Positions 12,547 through 26,156 are shown, counted from the first letter of the stretch. The stretch is DNA of 63,592 nucleotides from Catajapyx aquilonaris (GCA_000934665.2 KZ538670.1:1-63592), one strand, 5' to 3'. A program made the numbers and translations. The notes: generated by a model not told the origin, from the letters alone.

Positions 12547-13123
12547 ACATGCTGGGACACTCGATTGAATAAAAGGCAGCAAAGCAATTTTTTGATATGG
12601 ATGGCATTTTTCTGTAGGATTCTTTGACCGCTGATGAATGTGGGGGTCACCTGAATGGATGCCACATTAGTGGGTTGGCCGGGAAGTTGAGGTTAGCCTG
12701 ACGGAGCGTGACCTGAACTAAAGGCAATCCCACTTGTGAAATTTTAGGTCATTTACAGCCAAATGCTATATCATTTAACATTACCACTACGGGTGTTTGT
12801 AACTTGGGTCCGGTTATATTTGCGTGAATTAAGGGAAAATTTCATTACAACAGTATTATGGATACACAATTGAAGACTTTGCCTCAATTTGCATTGATAC
12901 ATCCAGGCCTTAACCAAATATGGGTGGATATGTTGTTATTATGCCATTCAAGGTTCTGCGATCTACATAGTACTTCCTGCTGGTCACCATACCTTTTACT
13001 GCTGATCCGGGATCTGGCTCAGACATGACGGTCCAGCGATTGAACGAACAAGAATGCACTTCAAGTCTCAATTTTCCAATCGGACAGTTGTCGGTCTAAC
13101 AAAGAACCAGTACTTATAGCCTA

Positions 13124-13413
13124 GGCCGGCGCTGGTGGTCTGGTGGTTAGCGCGCTCGCCTCTAGTCCCAAAGTTGTGGGTTCGAACCCGGCCGAGGTCG
13201 GTGACTTTTCTCCGGGTGGTAGAAAAGTGTGAGTGCGCCTTCCTTCGGAGGGGAAGTAAAGCCGTCGCGACTGGTCCCGTGTGCTTGTGACATTGCGCGA
13301 GTGCACGTTAAAGATCCCTAGAGTGGCCAAATTTCCAGGAGGAGGACCACCCCCTGGCGTCTGTGTTGAGCCTAGCGGCAGAAATAGGCCGACGTTAAGC
13401 CCCCACTAAAGTA
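13124..13413 (+). mobile_element. tRNA-derived SINE, near full length
   Basis: A box TGGTCTGGTGG (13136-13146) and B box GGTTCGAACCC (13179-13189). Body gtgcacgttaaagatccc...gtggccaaatttcc...gacgttaagcccc resembles Ruka-like arthropod SINE bodies. A second copy lies at 29271-29420. Confidence 0.88.
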
Positions 13414-16400
13414 CCTAACCTAGCCTTGTTCTATACAGTCAATTCCCCTTGCCTCGGTCTGGGCTACAACACCTACTGGGCATGAATGACTTCGGGCTGT
13501 TCCCACCACCAAGGCGAAAAAAATCGTGGGTTACGCAATGTGAGATTCCAATTTAATTCGTACGTCAAAGATGATCATACTGAGTGCCTATACAACCAAA
13601 TAGCGAATCTGGTCCAGTAAAAATGGCGCTACTGAATTATTCTCTATAAATATAGAGAATAATTCAGTAGGGCCATTTTTGACCAACACTCTGTGAATAT
13701 TCAGAGAGTGTTGGTCATTGGTGGCCATCTACTTTTAGCGTGTGACGTAAGGGCGTTGACCTCGGGTCAAATGCGAGTCTCAGCTATTGGGCAGATTATA
13801 TCCAAACCTTGGGGCCCCATGTGTTGTTAGCGTTGGTGTGCTTAAAGATCACTTATTGATGGTGCCCTCGTTGGTGGGAACTGCTTTTAAGGCGTAGTGT
13901 GTGAAAATTTCCACTTCATACACTATATGATATCGTGTTTCTCATTAGAGTGGGATTGACCACTTGTAAGACAACTGGACTCCCCATTGTTATATCCTGA
14001 GATTGGATTTTGCGGTTTTCCCTATATTTGCTCCCATCATGCAGCTATTCCCATTACAGTGTAATCGCCTGATGGAATGTGTCCAACAACAAACGTCACA
14101 ACACATTGTTGTCGGAGCTCCTACAAAAATTCATCTAAAACCACGGTTGATATATTCAGAGCACCATATCTGTATCCTGGAAGGCAGGCAACTTGTGGAG
14201 GTCGCAGTGACCGAATTGCGGCCTCGTCTGGTAGGATGACTCCACGCACAAAGAATGAGAGAGAAAAGCGAGAGGTAGGAAGGGTGAATTCTTGGCATTC
14301 ACCTATACCAACACAATGGTATTTTTAACGGCTTATTTACTTCCGCGATAGTTTTAATTTTTTCACTGATTTTGATCACCCTATCTGAAGCTGGTGGGTA
14401 TATCAACAAGTCTCCATTATCACTTGAGTAAAAAACGGAAGCAATATATGGGAGTTATCACGATGCCCTTATTATTCTTTAGGAGGGTACGCGCGACCGC
14501 ACCTGTCATGTCACAACAATCGGGGGCGCCCATATCGTGCACTTGTCCCTAGGATTTCTGAAGGAGCAATCTAGAAGCCTTGGACGTGTCGAAAGAATGG
14601 AGGAGAGTTGAGAAGGAGAGAGAAAAAAAACAATTGCGTTGTCTGGAAGTTGAAGGAGCAAGCTGGCGCCCGGCGTCTCTAGACTGACGTCAGTCGCATC
14701 AAAGTTCAGGTAAACAGCTCCGGTTATTGGCGCCGGGTGTGGACAAACAAATTGGAGGAGGGGTCGGAGATTTTTCAGGTGGAAAATATGGGGGGCGATA
14801 GTACATTGCGGGGGGTACGGACTACTGACAAATTGCGAGTTATAGCATATGTGCCCCCCTTTTTTTCGGTGGAGATGCGGTCATAGTACGAGTATACCCT
14901 GAGCCCTCTTTCTTGGGCCAGAACCGGGCTGAGCGCCAAGTAGGACGCGATAAAATTCCTCCAAGGCCCCCTGTGCTTGCATTTTGTGGAGAGAAAAATG
15001 CGGCCCTTAGGAATTGGAGGAGGGAAGGGTGGGGAAATGTCGAATTAGAAATGATCAGGATGAACCCTGACCCGAGCTGAGATAATTATGCGGCTTGCCC
15101 AGTGGTCGCGGAAGTGATGCCCCTAACCCCCACTCTTCCTCTCATTTGACAAGTGTCAACATAATATCTGGTGTGGAAGGAATTGATTTTTTTTTGTATG
15201 TTTCACTCAACATAGTCTTGTTGAAGTGTACAGAGTGGTCAGTACTGTATGTCTCCAGAAATTGTTTCAGGTCGGATGATTTTTTCACATATTCCAAGAC
15301 TTTTGTTTCAAAATGACGCTGTACCTCATTTATCTGAAGTATCACCGTCTCATCTAACATTATTAGGAATCACGTTCGTGTAATTATCTAGATATTTTTT
15401 TTGTAATTAGCAGAACATCGGCGTTATAATAGCATGATTATGTAGTTGCTGCAAAGCACAGTTTTGCTAACTATTATATGTGCGAAAAACTCATGTCTAC
15501 ATGTAGACTACAGTGGAAGCTTCGTCGTCAAGAATAGGTTTGCAATATGTGTTCAATTCATAGGTGTATTTTCTTATGAACCCAATTTTTTCACAAACGG
15601 ATAAGTTATATGAAACACTTACAGAATGCATTTAAATGATGACATATGATTTCCAGTTTTTCTGTGCCAGAAAGATTGTCCTTCAACTTCACAAGGCTGA
15701 CTACTTGGACGAGGTCTGGCTGTCTGGTGTCCAGTTGCTGTTTCTTCCCCCCACTGGCAGGAAACCGACTGACTAACGTTATTTATGGCCCTTTCGGCAT
15801 ATACCCCTTGACACAATCGCAGCCTCTTTTAGTGGACCTTCACCTAGCACATTACTTTTGAATTTTGTGAAATATAATGGGATTTTTTTCTGGCTTTGGA
15901 ATGTCTTGTACGTTAGTTCCAGGAATTTGGAAATGTATTTAATTTTCGACGTACTCAGGGATGCTTTATTTTGAAACGAAACAGCATGTTTTGATCATAA
16001 TACACTGTGTAGGAACCAGCAATAAGCTAAACAGTTACCGGAACTATGGAGGTGGAATATACAGTAGTAGGCCTTCGGGTGTAGTATACGGTTTCTGGAT
16101 TGGTGCCCACGCAGGGTGGAACAAGCTCCAATCATACCCCGGCTAAAACAAGGCAACAATCATGGCTGTATCCATTTGTTTCTCCCATGGCATGTAAACA
16201 AGCAAAAATAGTCCTGATTGTTGCTTTGTTTCATCTAGTTTAAGTAAGTTGAAGTAAGTCCATCCGGCTTTTTCGATGTACAGTATACAGTGCTGAGAGC
16301 AACGATGACTTTTCGCGTAGAGTTGCATAGTCCTCAGCAAATTATTGTTTCTAGATGTCCCACCAGGTGCAGGTATGGGTGCGTGCCTAGGAAGACCTCC

Positions 16401-17447
16401 AATGCAGCACGATCCGAGATATAATTTGGTCGAAATTGAGCTGTGCATTGGTTAATCCAGTGCATGACTCGTACTTTCTGATGGTCAATTGGGGGGGGGG
16501 GGGGNTTGGGGTTGGCAAGGACCACATTGTGAAATGTCTGAAAAGAAGGAATTCTATAAAATATAATGGTATCTTTAAACACCCATATCTTGAAATAAAT
16601 CCTATGCATTTTTTATCTTGCTGCATTTCAGGTCTTCATGTGTAATGTTGATGCCATCAGCTGTAAGTCATCAAGTAGATTATGTTTTACTCTTACGGTA
16701 TTATACTTGGTTTTGTTATTTGAAAGATATCGAGAATTGTGTCGATGTAAACCTAGTGACCTCCATATGTCGATAGTAGTGAATATCCTGCCAGTTAGAC
16801 CATTCCGCCGCCACCCGTGGTAGTTGATTTATCTAACCGGCAGGATATTTCCTATTATGCACGTTGGAAGTTCACCAAAAATGACTGGTATTTTCTTCTC
16901 GGACTAGGTAATCGACCTACCTGCCCATTACGCTAATGTTATTGACGACTTTGCAGATTCCAATATTGCAGTATGTATTTAAAAGCAAATCATTTTATAC
17001 GAAAGAACAGCGTGGTACAAATGTAGTAGTACCTGTTATAACACATTACAACAACTATTGCCAGGTGATTGACACGCACTTTCACATGTTCGTAAATGTC
17101 TCGTGGTACAATTAATCAATACAAAAGTCGAGATCTGTATATCTGCTGTAGGTGACGTTTGTCACTCGAATGACATGGTGGCACGTGGATGATCATGATG
17201 CTGGATGACGAATGTTGTTTTCACAGTAAAAGCGGATAATACTGTACTTATCTGTAATCTAACATGCCGCTGATGTGTGTGACTCGTCAAGCACACTCCT
17301 TCCCACGGCATGGGCACTACCGAAAAATTATAAATAAATTTACTCATTTTACTTACGGAGTCATGCTGAGAGGACCTTGATCATTCTAGCCATCTCACCT
17401 AATTTATGTGTCACACTCCACGTTATTTTTCGTCAAGCACTACCCGG

Positions 17448-17501
<54 letters not shown>
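17448..17501. repeat. (ATT)n microsatellite
   Basis: Perfect trinucleotide run. Confidence 0.98.
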
Positions 17502-18883
17502 GCCATCAAGAGTGGACGTGTGCTGTCAATTTGCTCCAATTTATATGCCATATAATTGTTGACGGGAAGCTATTCCGTAATAATCTTAGGGGAGAGATAA
17601 CTGGGCGGGGGTCTTTCATAATGATGTCATCACTTCCTTGCCAATTGTGGCCTCTACCCTCCCCCATTTTTATCAATTGTTGTCACGCTCCTTCCCTTAC
17701 CCCAAAATGACGACCTCACTGGCAGTTGGACACCCGACCTTCTTTTTCGCCCACGTGTTGAAAAAACATTTGGATATCCATTGCTTGTAATTTAGTCTCG
17801 GCATTTTTTGTACTCGAGATATCAGTGTAACAATTCAAGTGATGTTTTTTTTAATGATGCTGTGCAATTTTATCAGTTGTCCAGGGGCTGTCACATTGGA
17901 TGGCATGGAATGCGAGGTTAGAAAGTACGCGATATGACGCAAAACATTTTCCTCCAGCATAGCAATCAATAGACAATACTTAGATGATGTTATAGACCAC
18001 ATGACAATCCGTATATCAGTATTGCTGAGTTCAAGGGTCAAGTCGAGAATGCGTGCATGACGACTGGGAGTTGGTCCATGCGCACTCCCTTTGCAGGCAG
18101 GCGACAAGCCCCGATTGGCCTATTGCTCATTGATTGTAATGACTCTGAGTGGACTGCATAACTACAATGGTTTTCTTCCGCCAGAAGAACGTGTTCTGAT
18201 CAGGTCAAAATAACATTGCATAGGCCTCAATCTCGTCCGTTTATTGTATGATTTGCACCAAGGGATGACGTCACCAAGGGCAGGACCCATGACGTCATTT
18301 ATGAATGACTGTTATCTCCTTATTCGAGTGTGGAGAATCCTATGATGCCTTACATATGAAGATAATCATGTGATTGCCTTTATGAATATCTGAAGTCATT
18401 TCGAGATATCAGGGATTGATGTTTGAAGAGTGCAATATCCCTTATGGATTATTGCTTTTCACACATTTCGGTATATAACTAATGCTTCATACATGACACC
18501 TCCTTGACATGTGTGATTCTAGGATCCTGAAAAGACGGCAGAAGGAAGGCCAAGAGAGGCGCGTAGGTTATCTAACACACAGGATGAAGCTCAAGGGCGT
18601 TTCCTTTTATGCCGAACTGGGCGAGAATGTGGAGTAGGAGGCCAAGAAGTGGGGTGAATCGGATCACTTTTCAGATTATATGTCCACATCTTTAAAAAGG
18701 GGGGAAAAAATAAAGAAAAATTAAGAGGTTATGAAGATCGGTTGTTTACAGTATCTCTACGGCTGAACATAACAATTCAGATACTTGACAATAGTATGTT
18801 ATCAATGATTTTCATATCACTGTTTACATGTCTTTTCATGTTGGGTGATCATAATGTTCACATTGGGGGGGGGGGGGGGGGGG

Positions 18884-19041
18884 NNNNNNNNNNNNNNNNN
18901 NNNNNNNNNNNNNNNNNNNNNNNNNNNNNNNNNNNNNNNNNNNNNNNNNNNNNNNNNNNNNNNNNNNNNNNNNNNNNNNNNNNNNNNNNNNNNNNNNNNN
19001 NNNNNNNNNNNNNNNNNNNNNNNNNNNNNNNNNNNNNNNNN
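18884..19041. other. Assembly gap between poly-G and poly-C tracts
   Basis: N run. A further gap at 46069-46083 also lies inside poly-G. Confidence 0.99.
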
Positions 19042-19159
19042 CCCCCCCCCCCCCCGGGTGTTAGTAGGTGTTGGGAAAAAAAAACGTCGCGATGAATTTG
19101 CCTATAATTTTTTGATTTTTTTAAAAAATAGTAATTTCTTAATTTATAAAAATTACGGC

Positions 19160-19214
19160 TGTCACGCGCGACCACGCGGAAAATGCTTCGCGACCCCCAG
19201 GTTGGGTACCGCTG
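19160..19214. mobile_element. One end of a hAT/Charlie-like element; partner end not visible, possibly in the 18884-19041 gap
   Basis: cgcgacccccaggttgggtaccgCTG followed by gtctaggg, which resembles the NTCTAGAN Charlie target site. Confidence 0.55.
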
Positions 19215-20074
19215 GTCTAGGGGGAAGTCTACCTCGTTAGGTTGGTCCCGCGACATTTCTCACCCCATGCATTTTTTATTTGCGTTTGGTCAAGGAGTAC
19301 GCTAGTGGCAGGGGGCTTCGACACCCTGTGCAGGACTTGGCATGATGGTGTATGCCACAGTTATTAGTATACAGTGTGATTTACTGTCATAGTCCCATCT
19401 TCAAGATGTGGGTAGGTGAAGAATATATTACGGATTGTTCACCTTAACCTTGTGCACAAAAGATATGTTTTCAATTAAGGAATTACAGGTGCTGTCGATT
19501 TATAAGGCAGCACACTTTCTTCTGGTTTACCACATTCGTAAAATACTCATACATAATGATAGACCTACTATATCCATGAAATTATGACATTAAAATTGCT
19601 GAAATACTATTAGGGTCCATGAGTCTTATGACTTTTCACGTTAAAAGTGGTACTTCAGGATTTGTTATTATAATTATGTCACATTAGTTAAAGGGTTTGT
19701 ATGTATTTCTTACTGAAATGTAAATACATTAATAAAATTGTAAATGTAACATTTGATCACATTCGTCCTAGTTACCTAGTACTTTCATACCAATATTAAC
19801 TTCCAACTTTTGGTTACATACGTAAGCCGCACAAGAATTCTACTGAACACAACATGATATCCGCTTCTAACGGTATGCTCCATTTTGAATTGTAAGTGAC
19901 ATCCTGGCCTTAAAAACACTCAATAAATATTGTAACCGTAATCCATATCATCGCCTTTCCTCGATATGCACTGTACACCACTCCCACAATTAACAACATA
20001 CCGGTACCGTAGAGCATCCTATGATACTGCTTCCATGTATATGAACTAGGTTCTCAATGTGACATTGCACAAGT

Positions 20075-20152
20075 CGACGCCTAAGGATTATATTGTCGTA
20101 TATGTCTACTGGAGTTCCAGTGGACATACGACAATATAATCCTTAGGCGTCG
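20075..20152. mobile_element. Miniature palindromic element with 4-bp TSD AAGT
   Basis: Near-perfect ~37-bp inverted arms with a 2-nt loop. AAGT lies on both flanks (20071-20074 and 20153-20156). Confidence 0.6.
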
Positions 20153-20897
20153 AAGTATCGTCACCTTTTATAAGCTTATTATTATTTTTAAATCATAAAG
20201 AGCAATATTTTAGCTTGATCTTATTCACACTTTGCGACCCTAATATCTCGAGAAGTCTCTTATAACTGCGGGTACTTACGTGGTACATTGTTGTGTTTTT
20301 GTTTGATCCTATCCCTGACCCTCTAATGAACCGCAACAGTTCAGAAACCCAGCTCTAGCCAGGCTGCAAAATATTTACACAGTGTCTGGCCATAAACCTG
20401 ACTCATGATGGTCTTTTAAAAATCTAGACCTTATTTATTTACATTGGAGAGTGTCACTGGCCATCCGGAAATATTGGATTTTTAAAATGCGTGTAAGCAG
20501 CCGAGTTCGCTAGAATATATCATCAAAGTTGGAAGTATGACTCTACAAAATGATATGCAGTGAAATCTGCATATAGCGGACTCTGCATGTATCGGAAACT
20601 TGTATAGTGCGGATAATTTTTATGGTTGTATTTTAGTACGATACAGCAGAACCTGCCTAATGTGGAATCATACAGTATTTTTTGGTCCCTCCGTAAGAAA
20701 AACTCTGCCGTTTCACAAATTCGCCTAACCCGAATTGGGGCGAAAAATTAGCCATGGCGGTGGAAATTTGGCAGCCGCGGCGATCCCGAGATATTCGTCA
20801 TCCGAAAAGCGTACGAACTTGGGGCACCAATCAGGAGACAGTTGTGCCAAATATTTTTCCTAATGTTGCGACGTATAGCGCAAACTATTGTCTATTT

Positions 20898-21141
20898 CAG
20901 GGGTGGGCAAAATTACGGCCCGCGAAGAAAATTTGTGCGGCCTGTCCACAAATTTTGGAATTCTTGTTTGTGAAAAGTAAAAAATGGCAGAATTTTTATA
21001 TCTATTATTATTACCGTATATAAATAATTACAATGTATTGTCAACTTTATTAATAGGTTGAATAATTTCCTTGTTAGATGCGGCCCGCCAAAATTTTTTG
21101 GTCTCTCTGTGGCCCACGTGGAAGAAGTTTGCCCACCCATG
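20898..21141. mobile_element. hAT/Charlie-like MITE
   Basis: TIRs CAGGGGTGGGCAAA / TTTGCCCACCCATG, perfect 8-bp TSD GTCTATTT (20890-20897 and 21142-21149), and subterminal GCGGCCC motifs. Confidence 0.92.
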
Positions 21142-22686
21142 GTCTATTTAGTATCACAGAAAATTCCGTTGTGTACACAGGTTTCGCTGAATTTCTAACC
21201 TCCTTTTTGAGAACAGTGCTATCCAAGTCCCAGTTTCGACATTTCCGTCATAATACCGCCCACGAAATATATATTTTAAAAAATTCCTCTCATTTGCACA
21301 CAAATTGAGTCGATTATGTACGAATCAGGACCGGCGATACATTTGACATAATTTGACCAAGCACGCAATCCACTGACACGGGGTACATGCCCTCCCTCGT
21401 CTCCCTCTTCTAGCAGGCAGCAGCCATCCGGCCAGCCACCCATCCACCCACTCCTTCCTCCCGCAAATTCCTCCGAGAGATGGCACTCGTGTAATCCCGT
21501 TGGCAACGGGACCCTTTAGCCAAGGCATGTGTGGAATTCCAGCCTCATGTGAGGCGGGATTGGGAAGACATGGCAGATGCGACGCCCCGGGACTTATTTT
21601 TCTTGCCCCCCCCATCCACCCACCCACCCTGACAGGACCAGGAATGCGAGCATTTTGGCAAGCTCCCACCAACAGACGACAATGTGGCTGGTGGTAGAAC
21701 TTGAAGGTGCGGATCAGCACGATGCCCTTTTTTGATTATGAGGTTGGAATGGACTTAGATATTTTAGTATCAGCTGCCACAGTTGAGTCTATCGGGTGTG
21801 GGATCCCCCGGTTTCGTGCCATCAGAGGGGAAGCTGGTGGGTTGATTACAGGCCAGGAAGTTGGGAATCCGGAAATAGGTGTTTCCGGACTGCTATCTGT
21901 ACCTGAGGTAGCGTTTGCTAACCGACAAAGGGGTCATTTACACTGTACTCTCCAATTCGTTCCGAAACCAATATTTGGATGGCGAGTGACCCCAATCAGC
22001 TCAATATTGGAAACCTTGTAGGGCATGTAATTGCTGAGTTGTTTTGCACTCGGTCCTGGGAAGAGGGTGGGGGTCAAGAGATCCACTTACTATAGCATAC
22101 CAAGCGGTCAGTGATTTTTCTTGAAATGTGGTTGCGCAAGCTCATGAAAGGGGGGGGGGGGGGTGCTGGGGAAGGGTCAAGAAATGAAAATGGTGATATC
22201 CCCTGCTTATCTCAGGGCTCTCTTCAGCCAAGGACAATTTTCATTCACCAGAAAGGCAACCGGTTCTTTGCTGAATTAACTCTGTCGTCCTCGGTGACTT
22301 TACCGTTTCGAGATATGTGACTACATACAAATTTATCTTATACGCCCAGTAATGTCAGCTGGATGATATTGTCACACATTGGGGCTGTTGTTTCCGAAGC
22401 ATGTGATGCTTTCATGACGAACTTACTATATGGGCATTATTTGTGGTTACTGATATTTTCCACAGGAAATGAAAGGGGACTAACTACCTAGTATACAATT
22501 ACAAAAAATACAAGTATTGGAAGACCATGATACAGTGTGTGTGGTCCAGTTTAAATGCCAGTAGTGATTGAGATTTTTTTTTGTACTAAACTGCTTATTT
22601 TTGGAACTCTTATAGGCTATTAAAAATATAATGAATTAGGGGCAAAATGGGTTCAATCATTGACATCAGTGGACTATTCTAAGACC

Positions 22687-22926
22687 TCTGGGGAAGAACG
22701 ATCAAGGTCCATTTTTTTTGTCAAAAATGAGTTACATATCTCAGAAGATCCTTTCACTACTGTAGAATATGATGGTTTTGGTCGTGGTTGTGGAGTAATG
22801 ATTATAGGTCACTATGGAAAGCCCCGAAAGTGGGATTTACAATGGAACCTTATGGACCTTGGAAATTTAAAATAATTGGAATATCTCAGTTTCACCAGAG
22901 GTGGACCTTGATCGGTCTTCCCCAGA
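22687..22926. mobile_element. MITE-like element bounded by 25-bp inverted repeats
   Basis: tctggggaagaacgatcaaggtcca / tggaccttgatcggtcttccccaga with one mismatch. TSD unclear. Confidence 0.55.
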
Positions 22927-24535
22927 CACTGATAATATTATGATCACCTTTGAAAGTAACTATTCAGAAGTTACAGGTCAATAATAAGGAGCTTACTGTC
23001 AGAAAATCGCTAACCACTACGGAGATTTCAATAACAAACTAAGTTGTTTTCAAATGACATTTGGCTAGTGACGGGAATGCACATACTGTATGTGAGAACA
23101 TATTTTGAGTTAAATTAAGAAAACCGAAAGCAATAAGTGTTCAAAATTTTTGGGGGGAAAACATTCAACCCAGGTGGATTCAGAAGGAGGGCACAGGAGT
23201 ATAAATATTTTTATTTATTTATTTATTTTGTTTACCCCGTGATATAGCAGTGCTCTCTGGGGGGGGGGGNCGGTAGAAGAGGTGTTTAGGAGCAGATTAA
23301 AAGGCAGATGTACGTAGCAATAAAATGGATCAAGCCTTTTATAATTATTAATTATGGGGTAAATGAATCATGAATCTGGATGATACTACTATAGGATAAT
23401 ATTGGTAAGGTAAATGTAACCAACATAAAGCCCCGGCCGTGATCAGACCAACAAAAAAAACAAAAACTGGTCACCACCAGAGAATCAGTACCTGGCATCG
23501 GACAACACCCAGCTTCAAGTAAAGCAACAAGCACAGCATCCGGCCCCACGAAATGTACCACGCGCATGACACCTGTCAGAACCGGTACAGTGTCCTGGCA
23601 TTTGGAGAGGCTGTGGACACCGCATCCGGATCTTGACCGACCGAAATGCAGGAATAAGCCCACATGGTTGGTAGAAGGTGTAGGTTTGGAGAGCTGGCTT
23701 TGGCATGCCGAGCGCCTCAGAAAAGCGCTCCTCTTCAGCTGACCTCGGGATTCCGTGGTGGTCATCCGATGGGCGGAAATTCCAGCGGGACAAGAATGTG
23801 GTAGCGAGCGGGCAGGTGGTTAAGGGGTAGTAGTGGTGGCGCCGGTGCTGGGGGTGTCATAGGAAGAAAAAGAAAATAGAGAGAGAGAGAGAAAGAGGTG
23901 GTGGGCAAAGCAAGGTTAGAAGAGGGGAAGATGGCGTTGTTTCCTTGAGACTTCTATGAATGGAAGAGGCAAGGCCGAGGCTTTTTGAGGAGCAATGTTG
24001 GCGCACTTGTTCCACCAGCTAAAGACATGAGAGAAAAGAGGGAGAATGTTCGGTAGGGGTTGCGTGACCAGTCGCCTCCGGTCTTGTCAGTTGGCCCCTC
24101 TTCGGCCCCATCGTCTTTTCCTCTCGGCCCCAGCATCAGGCCCACCCAGGATGCTCTGGGGCTTGGAAATATGACCGGGTTATCCTTGACCTGCCTTTTT
24201 TATGATTCTCGAATTATTATTGACATTAGGCATCGTCTTGTGGACCCAATAGCACATGGGATAGACATAAGCATATAGAAGAAGCCCACCTTCCGTCCTA
24301 GTTCCAATGACCCCGACTGGAGTTTGGTTCCGGTTCCTTCTCATATTTGGATTGCTCACCATATCGAGTCCGTTTGCTTTCTTGGTGGACTTATGCAATG
24401 GAACTAAGTGGGCGGGTCGGTGGGCAACTTGGCAACACCTGGGTGGTGGTCCGGGAGATTAGAGGACAGATTTTTCTCACCCATAGTTTTCTCACACTCT
24501 GGCCCACCCACCTGGGCCGAGGGGGTATTCACGTC

Positions 24536-24665
24536 TGGTGATCCGTGTACACTGTACACGGATCACCATCGAAGGTGTACACTGTACACGGATCACCACA
24601 CGGATCGAAGGTGTACACTGTACACCTTCGATGGTGATCCAGTGCTTTTGGTGATCCAGTGTACA
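24536..24665. repeat. Complex palindromic minisatellite
   Basis: Three copies of the core GTGTACACTGTACAC, with shuffled flanks ggatcacca and tcgaag in both orientations. Confidence 0.85.
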
Positions 24666-25746
24666 TTTTTGTGATGACCTGGGCAATCTTGAACTGGAGT
24701 CACACATAGCTACATTGTTGAAAATCATTCGGGCCATTGTGACGGATCAAATGTCCACCGATTCACACCTGTGAAACCGACTTGTCCAGATTGTATTATA
24801 ATTTGACCGATGTAGACGTTCAGGTCAGGATGAAGCGATACACCCCCTCTTTTCCCCATTCCACCCTCCCTCCTCAGGTCCCTCCTCCCGCTCCCCCCCC
24901 CCCTCCTTCATTCCCCATTTCTCTTGGTCCTGATCCGTGGTTGTTGGACCTTCCAGCTCGACATTCCAGCACAGTCGGAGCCTGTCTGCTTGCCTGGCCA
25001 AGGAAACAAGGCTCCGGAATTCAACAGGGCTACAGCTCACAGACACTATTAGAAACCACTATCTCCACGTCCTAAGAACCTCGATAGGTGTACCCAGCAT
25101 GGTGACCATACATAAGCTGATGGAAAAGTGCACTTGCAGTCATTAAGTTGTGTAAGCGTGAATTGGGAAGAAGGGTTCCCATGGCCCCTTCGCCCCTCCT
25201 CCTGGCGGCCATGGCCCCTTGGTTCATTCATAAGATAGCCGGGGGGACGGGGGAGCGGGCGGGATGGGTGGGAGTAGAGGGGGAGGGGGGGGGGAGACGT
25301 ACAGGAATGCGGAGGAGGCCTATGTCCNGGGGTTCCATTCACTGGGTGGCCAATTCGCACTCGTTTTGTTACGGGAGTCAAGAGTTTTTGCAACCCTGTA
25401 ATGGCATTGGGCAGTAACATTAATATCCTTTTCGCAGGAAGGCTGGAGCTTTTTTCTTTCCTTTTTTTTAGTTTTTTTTTTAAAGTTTTCTCTCCCTCTC
25501 ACGTCTCCTGCTTCTTGCCAACTTAGCCAAGACCTAGGTATTTTGGAACGAACTCGTATGTACCGCAGGCAAGTATATGCAGCCCCCCCCCCCCCCCCCG
25601 TGCACATGCCTGATGCTAGAGGGGGCCGTCCACATATGACGTCATCCGCATTCTCGCAGGTGTTCTAGTCATGACTTTATAATCTGCAAACAAGAAGCAC
25701 CTGTGGTGACAATTTTTTACCTTTCCATCTGACCTTTCCCGCATCC

Positions 25747-25824
<78 letters not shown>
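25747..25824. repeat. (AAT)n microsatellite
   Basis: Perfect trinucleotide run. Confidence 0.98.
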
Positions 25825-26065
25825 CGTGACAGATGAATAGGAAAGGCTGGCTTCCTGGCAGAAAGGGTGAATGAAATAGTGGATGAAATAGTGAATGAAG
25901 TGAAATTCACCCACGCCCTATAACCTTGTATTCTGTGATGGGCGATTCAATTCGCTTTCGCTTTGGGGAGGAGGGATGGGGTGTGACGGCTGGCTGGAAG
26001 AGGGGGGGGAGGGAGAATAGCACTTAAAATTGTCTACAGGTAGAGCCACGGTGAATGAACTTTGC

Positions 26066-26078
26066 ATTATTATTACTA

Positions 26079-26152
<74 letters not shown>

Positions 26153-26156
26153 ATAA
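26066..26156. repeat. (ATT)n microsatellite
   Basis: Trinucleotide run with a few variant units. Confidence 0.98.

Noticed and set aside
15142..15360. 72-aa minus ORF with YSTDH, reminiscent of RT domain 2
   Set aside because: No GFR or KAFD motifs; not supportable.
16773..16858. Small inverted repeat (similar ones at 59855-59893 and 60859-60930)
   Set aside because: Short imperfect arms without a clear TSD; most likely minor MITE relics.
24536..24665. CRISPR-like repeat array
   Set aside because: No unique spacers, eukaryotic context and no cas genes.
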